A program made the translations under genes and the position numbers. DNA of 64,000 nucleotides from the human T2T-CHM13v2.0 reference genome, Homo sapiens, in NCBI RefSeq assembly GCF_009914755.1, contig NC_060934.1; one strand, written 5' to 3'. Of the stretch, positions 57,529 through 64,000 are shown one piece after another. Below the pieces are notes generated by a model, which was not told where the DNA came from, did not search any database, and worked only from the letters and a program-made list of their open reading frames with translations. How positions within the stretch are numbered: position 1 is the stretch's first letter; each line of letters begins with the position of its first letter.

Positions 57529-57631
57529 GCTGACTGTGTTGTTATTATTGGAGGTGCATCAAATGAAGCAGGAAAATGGATGGATGATACCTGCGACAGT
57601 AAACGAGGCTACATATGCCAGACACGATCCG
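57529..57631 (+). CDS. MRC1: MRC1 exon 23 (103 nt), end of CTLD6
   Basis: cag|GCT..CCG|gtaagt; ADCVVIIGGASNEAGKWMDDTCDSKRGYICQTRS. Confidence 0.96.
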
Positions 57632-57689
57632 GTAAGTTCTACCAAACCTTACCTTCCTGAAAGAGCTGGGGTTTTTTTTTCCCCACTTT

Positions 57690-58017
57690 TTTCTTTCTTT
57701 CTTTCTTTCTTTCTTTTTTTTTTTTTTTTTTTTTTTTGAGGCAGAGTCTCGCTCTGTCGCCCAGGCTGAAGTGCAGTGGTGTGATCTCAGATCACTGCAA
57801 CTTCCGCCTCCCAGGTTTAAGCAATTCTCCTGCTTTAGCCTCCTGAGTAGCTGGGATTACAGGCACACACCACCACGCCTGGCTAATTTTTGTATTTTTT
57901 GTAGAGATGGGGTTTTCCATGTTGCCCAGGCTGGTCTTGAACTCCTGACCTCAGGTGATCTACCTGCCTCGGCCTCCCAAAGTGCTGGGATTACAGGAGT
58001 AAGCCACTGTGCCTGAC
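57690..58017 (-). mobile_element. Full-length Alu
   Basis: Reverse Alu starting about 60 nt after the exon 23 donor. Confidence 0.95.
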
Positions 58018-58022
58018 CTCAC

Positions 58023-58170
58023 TTTTATTTTATTTTATTTTACTTTAAGTTCCAGGATACATGTACAGAACATGCAGGTTTGTTATATAGGTATATGTGT
58101 GCCATGGTGTTTTGCTGCACTTATCAACCTATCACCTAGCCCCACATGCATTAGCTCTTTGTCCTGATGA
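58023..58170 (-). mobile_element. L1PA 3'-end fragment
   Basis: tactttaagttccaggatacatgtacagaacatgcaggtttgtt. Confidence 0.88.
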
Positions 58171-58210
58171 ACAGCTGTGTTTTTAAATGTACTTTAAAAT
58201 ATATAATCAT

Positions 58211-58572
58211 GGTTGGGCACTGTGGCTCATGCCTGTAATCCCAGCACTTTTGAAGACTGAGGTGGGTGGATTGCTTGAGCCCCCGCATTTGAGACCAGCC
58301 TGGTTAACACAGTGAAATCCCATTTCTACAAAAAATACAAAAATTATTTTGTACTTTTACAAAATTATTTTATTTTTGTAGCTGGGACTACAGGTGTGGT
58401 GACTTATGCCTGTAGTCCCAGCTACCTGGGAGACTGAGGTGAGAGGATCACTTGTGCCAGAGAGGCTGAGGCTACAGTGAGCCATGATTGTGCTCCTCAC
58501 TCCAGCCTGGGTGACAGAGTGAGACCCTTTGTCACAAAAATAAAAACAAAAACAAAAATAAAATAAAATAAA
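58211..58572 (+). mobile_element. Alu (AluJ-like) with a rearranged middle
   Basis: Alu with extra palindromic sequence in the linker region. Confidence 0.9.
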
Positions 58573-59038
58573 ATATATGATCATTTCCTTGCATAGCAAC
58601 AGGTTTGATTGTTGCTTTAATCCATGGAAGCCTATGACAGACAAAAAGGGTAATGTTTTCTATACTTAATTCATGAATCTGCTTTTTTTTTTTTAACCAG
58701 ACAGTTTTGGGCAGACTAAACCTGTCACTAAAACTTTCTATTAGAAATTTGGGATATTTGCTTACCTGTACCTTTTTTAAATGTCAGAATAGGAATACCT
58801 CCCTTTAATTCATGTAATTTAAGAACTTTTGGCATAAAGCATCATTTGTGCCTCATTATTTGTCCTATATCTTGTGTGCCTTAAACATGTGGATATATGA
58901 TCTGAGTTTCTTTTTTCATCTTAGGAAGCCAGAATATGGTTAAATGAAAACAACACAGTATGCAGATATTTGCTGTCAATTAAGATGGTGTTTATATACA
59001 TTTTAGTTTCTAGAGAAACTAGAATAAAAATGCCTAGT

Positions 59039-59394
59039 TGACAGGGCAGGTGAGCCCCGAAATTGGGGCTTACCCCGGGAGGGTTCTTGGCTTCACCCAG
59101 GAAGGAATTTAAGGGCAAGCTGGTGGTGTTAACAACTTTTATTAAAGCAACAGTGCACAGCAGCAGCAGACATAGTGCTTCTTGTGGAGCAGAGCTTACG
59201 CCATAGGCAGTGAATTCTGCACTCATATTTATACCCACTTTTAATTACATGCAAATGAAGGGGCAGGTTATTCAAAAATTTTTGGAAAAGGAATGGTAAC
59301 TTCTGGGGGCTGCCACAGCAGTGGTGGGTGTGCCTTATGGAGAGTTTCAGCCAGTCTTCAATCTGGTCTGGAGTGAGTCCTGCCTCCTACCTCA
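59039..59394 (-). mobile_element. ERV1-class solo LTR (MER4-group; subfamily uncertain)
   Basis: TG/CA termini, near-TSD tagt/tagc; minus strand shows octamer, TATAAA and AATAAA in LTR order. Confidence 0.75.
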
Positions 59395-59970
59395 TAGCTA
59401 CACAAAAGGGTCAGAAATTTAAAAATAGATTAGACAAGAGGGTTGAAGGTGGTGAGGGTTGCTGTCATCCTGAGTAGAGTTCTTAAAGGATGGGTTTGTG
59501 TTGGAAGGTATTTACTCTCCCAGACCTAAGGAATTTTTCTATACTATTTTGGAAATCAGGGAACTAATGTCAACTCATGACAATGACTGAAAACCATCTA
59601 AGATACTTTCAGATGGTTGAGAAGTACTCCTGCAATCCTAACCTTTCTCAATCCAAAAGCCATCCCAGTGCATGTCATTTTTCTCTCTATACTACACTCT
59701 ATAGCACCAGAATCTTAGGTCAGCAGTAATACCAAACCATGCCATCTTTGCCTCTGTTCTTTGGGCCAAGAGGGGACACTCCTTCCAGGAGTGAATGGTG
59801 ATTCACACGCTTATTTAAAAACTTCTCTTTCTTTTCCTTATACACATACATGATAGAATATGTTGCCACAAATAAAAATCATTTGCAAATTTTTAATGAC
59901 TTAAGGAAAGATTCACAGTATTAAAGTGAAAAAAGGTAGCATATAAACTTTTATAAACTATAATTTATCA

Positions 59971-60125
59971 CCAGGTGTGGTGTCTCATGCCTGTAATTCT
60001 AGCACTTTGAGAGGCTGAGGCAGGAGGGTTGCTTGAGGCCAGGAGTTCAAGATCAGCCTGAGCAACAGAACAAGACCCTGACTCTAAAATAAAATAAAAT
60101 AAAATGAAATGAAATGAAACAAAAA
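59971..60125 (+). mobile_element. Alu left monomer (FLAM-like)
   Basis: Monomer plus (AAAAT)n tail. Confidence 0.88.
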
Positions 60126-60244
60126 AGTTGGCACTTCTGTAGTGAAGGACAAGGCCAATGGCAGGTCATGCAGGCATAAAGTGGAACACATTGGAGAAAA
60201 GGCCAGTATACACACTGGTAAACAAGGATATCTCGATCCCTAGA

Positions 60245-60556
60245 CCAGAGTAAAGAACCAGATTGCAAATATTTTAGGTTTTGCAGGACATACAGTCTCT
60301 ACTGCAAATAGTCAACTCTGCTATGGTCACAGATGATCATAGGCAATACACAAACAAATGAATGTGGCTGTGTTCCAGTAAGACTTTATTTATGGACACA
60401 AATTTGAATTTCATGTAACATTTACATGTCATGAAATATTATTCTTCTTTGATTCTTCTCTATCCCCAACCATTTAAAAACTTTTTCAGCTCACAGGATA
60501 CAAAGACAGACCACAGGTCAGATTTCATCCTCTGGCTATTATTTGCTGACTTCTAG
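60245..60556. mobile_element. MER58-like hAT DNA transposon
   Basis: aaatattttaggttttgcagg...tgtggctgtgttccagtaagactttatttatggacac. Confidence 0.75.
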
Positions 60557-61353
60557 GGCATCAGATAATACAGACAGAAACAAGCTCTTTTGGGAGTCTT
60601 GACATGAAGTGGCTCAGAGTACAGGGGGCACAATGCAGTGATTAGAAACACATGCTAGGAGCTTGAGGACAAAAGATCAGAAAGCTGAAGTGATTTGGCT
60701 TGTAGGGGCTCCAACCCCTAGGTCAGTTTGGATAAGATTATGGGAGGCTTTACCCATAGGCGAAGGGCATAGAAAATCATCAAGAGTAAAGCTTGATCTT
60801 GAGATCAAGGTTAAACGAACCAGGGACTTGTGTATGGCTGCATTCCAGAATCTACACCCGTTACCTGAATGTGCATTACTCACAAGTGAAGTCAAACAGA
60901 TACAAACTCATGGATCAAGTAGAACAAATGAGGGAGGAAGAGAAAGACTTTTCTTGACTTTGACTTTTAACGTACATGGAAAAATAAAGATTAGCAATGA
61001 CACAATCATCTATGTTCTTTAATTTGTGGGATTAAACTACGGCATTTCTTTCATCAAGATACCAGATTGGATTGAATTTGTCACATGTTTTGTTTGTTAG
61101 TTTAGAAACTTGATCATGTATTTGCCTTAATATTCTAAATATAGTTTGGAATTAATTTAATTTGATCAGGGATACTGATGAAAAAATGTTTGTTTTCTAG
61201 TGTGAAATGGCTTATAAAATATTTCTAACAGCTGAATGTTTGGAGTTATGCTACTTTGCTTATTTTTATGATAGATGAGATACACTTATCATTACTGATA
61301 AGGCTCAATTACTGTTTATTGATAATGCTAATGAAAATAATGTTTTTATCTAG

Positions 61354-61586
61354 ACCCTTCCTTGACTAATCCTCCAGCAACGATTCAAACAGATGGCTTT
61401 GTTAAATATGGCAAAAGCAGCTATTCACTCATGAGACAAAAATTTCAATGGCATGAAGCGGAGACATACTGCAAGCTTCACAATTCCCTTATAGCCAGCA
61501 TTCTGGATCCCTACAGTAATGCATTTGCGTGGCTGCAGATGGAAACATCTAATGAACGTGTGTGGATCGCCCTGAACAGTAACTTG
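61354..61586 (+). CDS. MRC1: MRC1 exon 24 (233 nt), linker and CTLD7 N-terminal part
   Basis: tag|AC..TTG|gtaaga; (D)PSLTNPPATIQTDGFVKYGKSSYSLMRQKFQWHEAETYCKLHNSLIASILDPYSNAFAWLQMETSNERVWIALNSNL. Confidence 0.97.
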
Positions 61587-63137
61587 GTAAGATGCTGGAA
61601 ATATGTGCAACTTGACATGATCAGTGAATTATGGTTGAATATGATTATCTTTCTGTTTGTTCTGTTGAATACTCATTATGTGTAAGAGACTGTGCTAGGC
61701 AATGTGAATGATACTAACATCAACAAGATCCAATCTTTCAGGGACGTGATGCCTTTAAGGATCTGGCAAGCTAGTGATATGTGTCAGAAATCAAACTAAG
61801 AATTATCTGATGAATGTTAACTCTCCTATTGCATTAGACTATGAAAATTATATTCCAAATCTCAACAGTTTAATTTATTCGCTTATTGCTTCCAAGGTCA
61901 TGATTGTAACTATGGCATGAGAATTAAGAAAGCAGGTTAGGGACATAGTTGCCAGTGATGGGGACACTTTTTATTTGTTGTGGCAAGACGTTCTAGACTT
62001 GTTGTAGGTCCTGAGGTTGTGGAGCTCCCATCCATTTGTGAGAAATATTTCATTGCAGTCAGTTCCTTGTATTCCATAATAGACTAAGGTTGGCAAAGAC
62101 TAGGGAAGAGGCAGAAAACTAAGAATGCTGATAGAGTTGCCAAATTATTCCTAAAATGAGTCTTCTCTGATGCCTAGTCATGCATCTGTCCTCCCTCTAT
62201 TCATCCTTCTAGCTAGCCAACCAGCAAGCTTCCTAGTAGAAGTAGATATGACAGTCAGCAATTAAGATATAAGAAGTATCAAAGAGAGGCATATAGAAAG
62301 TGTCATGAGAAGAGAGAAAAGGGACCAGTTGGGCTAGTGGGGAGGACCAAGAAGGTTCCTCAGAAAAAGCCAAAGTTTATAGATATAGTCTAGGATGGTA
62401 GAACATAAGGAAGGAATATCAAGAAGACAAAAAAAAAAAAGGAGATAAACTGGAGAGTAGATGAGTGTCAGATGTTATGGAGCTTCCAAGGCCATGATGC
62501 AGAGATAGAAATTTACAATTTATACAATGAGTATTTCCTAAGTAGGGAAGTGTGTATTTAAAAGTAAGTAGTTTCAGAATGATTTCTGTGATTAAATTTA
62601 GGCAAGACATTTTTACGTCGCTGTTGACTAAGTTTTTATAATTAAGTCATTTGATAAGTCATTTGTTTTCTTCTCACAGACATGTTCACGATTCTCTTAT
62701 GAGTTTAAAGTAAGCTTTTATTTTTAGAAAGATTAAATAGTTTTTCATTGTGGCAATATTTATGACTACAACAGTATTATTATCTTCCTTATTTCTATAG
62801 AGTTAATGATTATACAAGCATTATTTGATTAAATATGGTATAATACTACAAAATTCTAATTTGAGATAACATACTTCTAATTTTTGTCACTGGATTTTTG
62901 GCAATTGGCTTCGTAAATTAAATAATGCAGTCAAAAGGGTGATAATTGCTTGAATCTTTGAAAAATTCAGCTACCTCTGATTAATATTATATATCATCTA
63001 TTCTTAAACAATACCTGTAAAATCTCTATTAGACTGTTAAAAGGATATTATTGATAAATAATATTTTGATGTTTATCAATATTTTGTATGTGATCATAAA
63101 TTTGTTTCACTAAATTTAATAAGAAATTAACTGTGCA

Positions 63138-63443
<306 letters not shown>

Positions 63444-64000
63444 AAATTGACTGTGCAAGTAGACTAAAATGACTGGCTTTTTACATCATATATATGTGAT
63501 GTCATATGGCCGAAAGACCACCTCACTAGAATATAGCTGAAAGACTGCCTCACTAGAAATCAAGAGACTAAGGCTTCTCTCTTCCATACCCTTACCTCTC
63601 TTCCATACCTCTCTTCCATGACCTTAGCTAAGCCGTTTACCATTGGTGCTGTTTCAACAACAGAATAATGAGAAGATATGAAGAGATGAGCATTTCTCTC
63701 AGGTGTCCATGAATTTAATGAAAATTACTTAATTTTTATTATAATTTCAATAATAATATAAGAAATATCTTATTTGTTATGAAGATAAAACTTCTCTTTT
63801 GCCCTGAAAACCTGCAAACAAGGAGAGTTTCACGGAATAAGAGATAAATTTTTTTTTATTAGTGTTTTTTGAAATAACTTCCAAGGATGTATTCCTGGGG
63901 ATCTCTAAGAAATAACTGTTTCTAAGAAAGGCTGCATGTACTGAATTTGAGTTGACAGAAATGATTTATAGTGTTCTTTTTATTCTCAAATGTTCCAGGT

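Noticed and set aside
63970-64000. Acceptor-like ttctcaaatgttccag|gt at the window end
   Set aside because: Only 2 nt follow, so no reading frame can be tested; it does not match the recalled continuation of CTLD7, and exon 25 appears to lie outside the window

Overview
Human (primate) genomic DNA lying entirely inside the MRC1 gene (macrophage mannose receptor, CD206) on the + strand. I traced 20 consecutive coding exons (exons 5-24 by the recalled 30-exon numbering, 2681 nt). All have AG/GT boundaries and compatible phases, and together they encode the end of C-type lectin domain 1 (CTLD1) through the first part of CTLD7, including the EPN/WND mannose-binding site of CTLD4. Intron 5 carries the pre-miR-511 hairpin (8403-8489), 95 nt upstream of the exon 6 acceptor. 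It is the most important element missed by the ORF track, but it is a known microRNA. The remainder is intronic repeat: about 40 Alu copies or fragments, antisense L1 fragments, MaLR and ERV1 solo LTRs, hAT DNA transposons and microsatellites. Nearly all short ORFs in the track are Alu, L1 or low-complexity artefacts or exon read-throughs. I found no convincing undescribed biological system. The best unexplained structures are an old local duplication flanking exon 18, complementary purine/pyrimidine tracts flanking exon 12, a 72-bp tandem duplication, and several template-switch or palindrome signatures. Repeat boundaries and subfamily calls were made by eye and are approximate.
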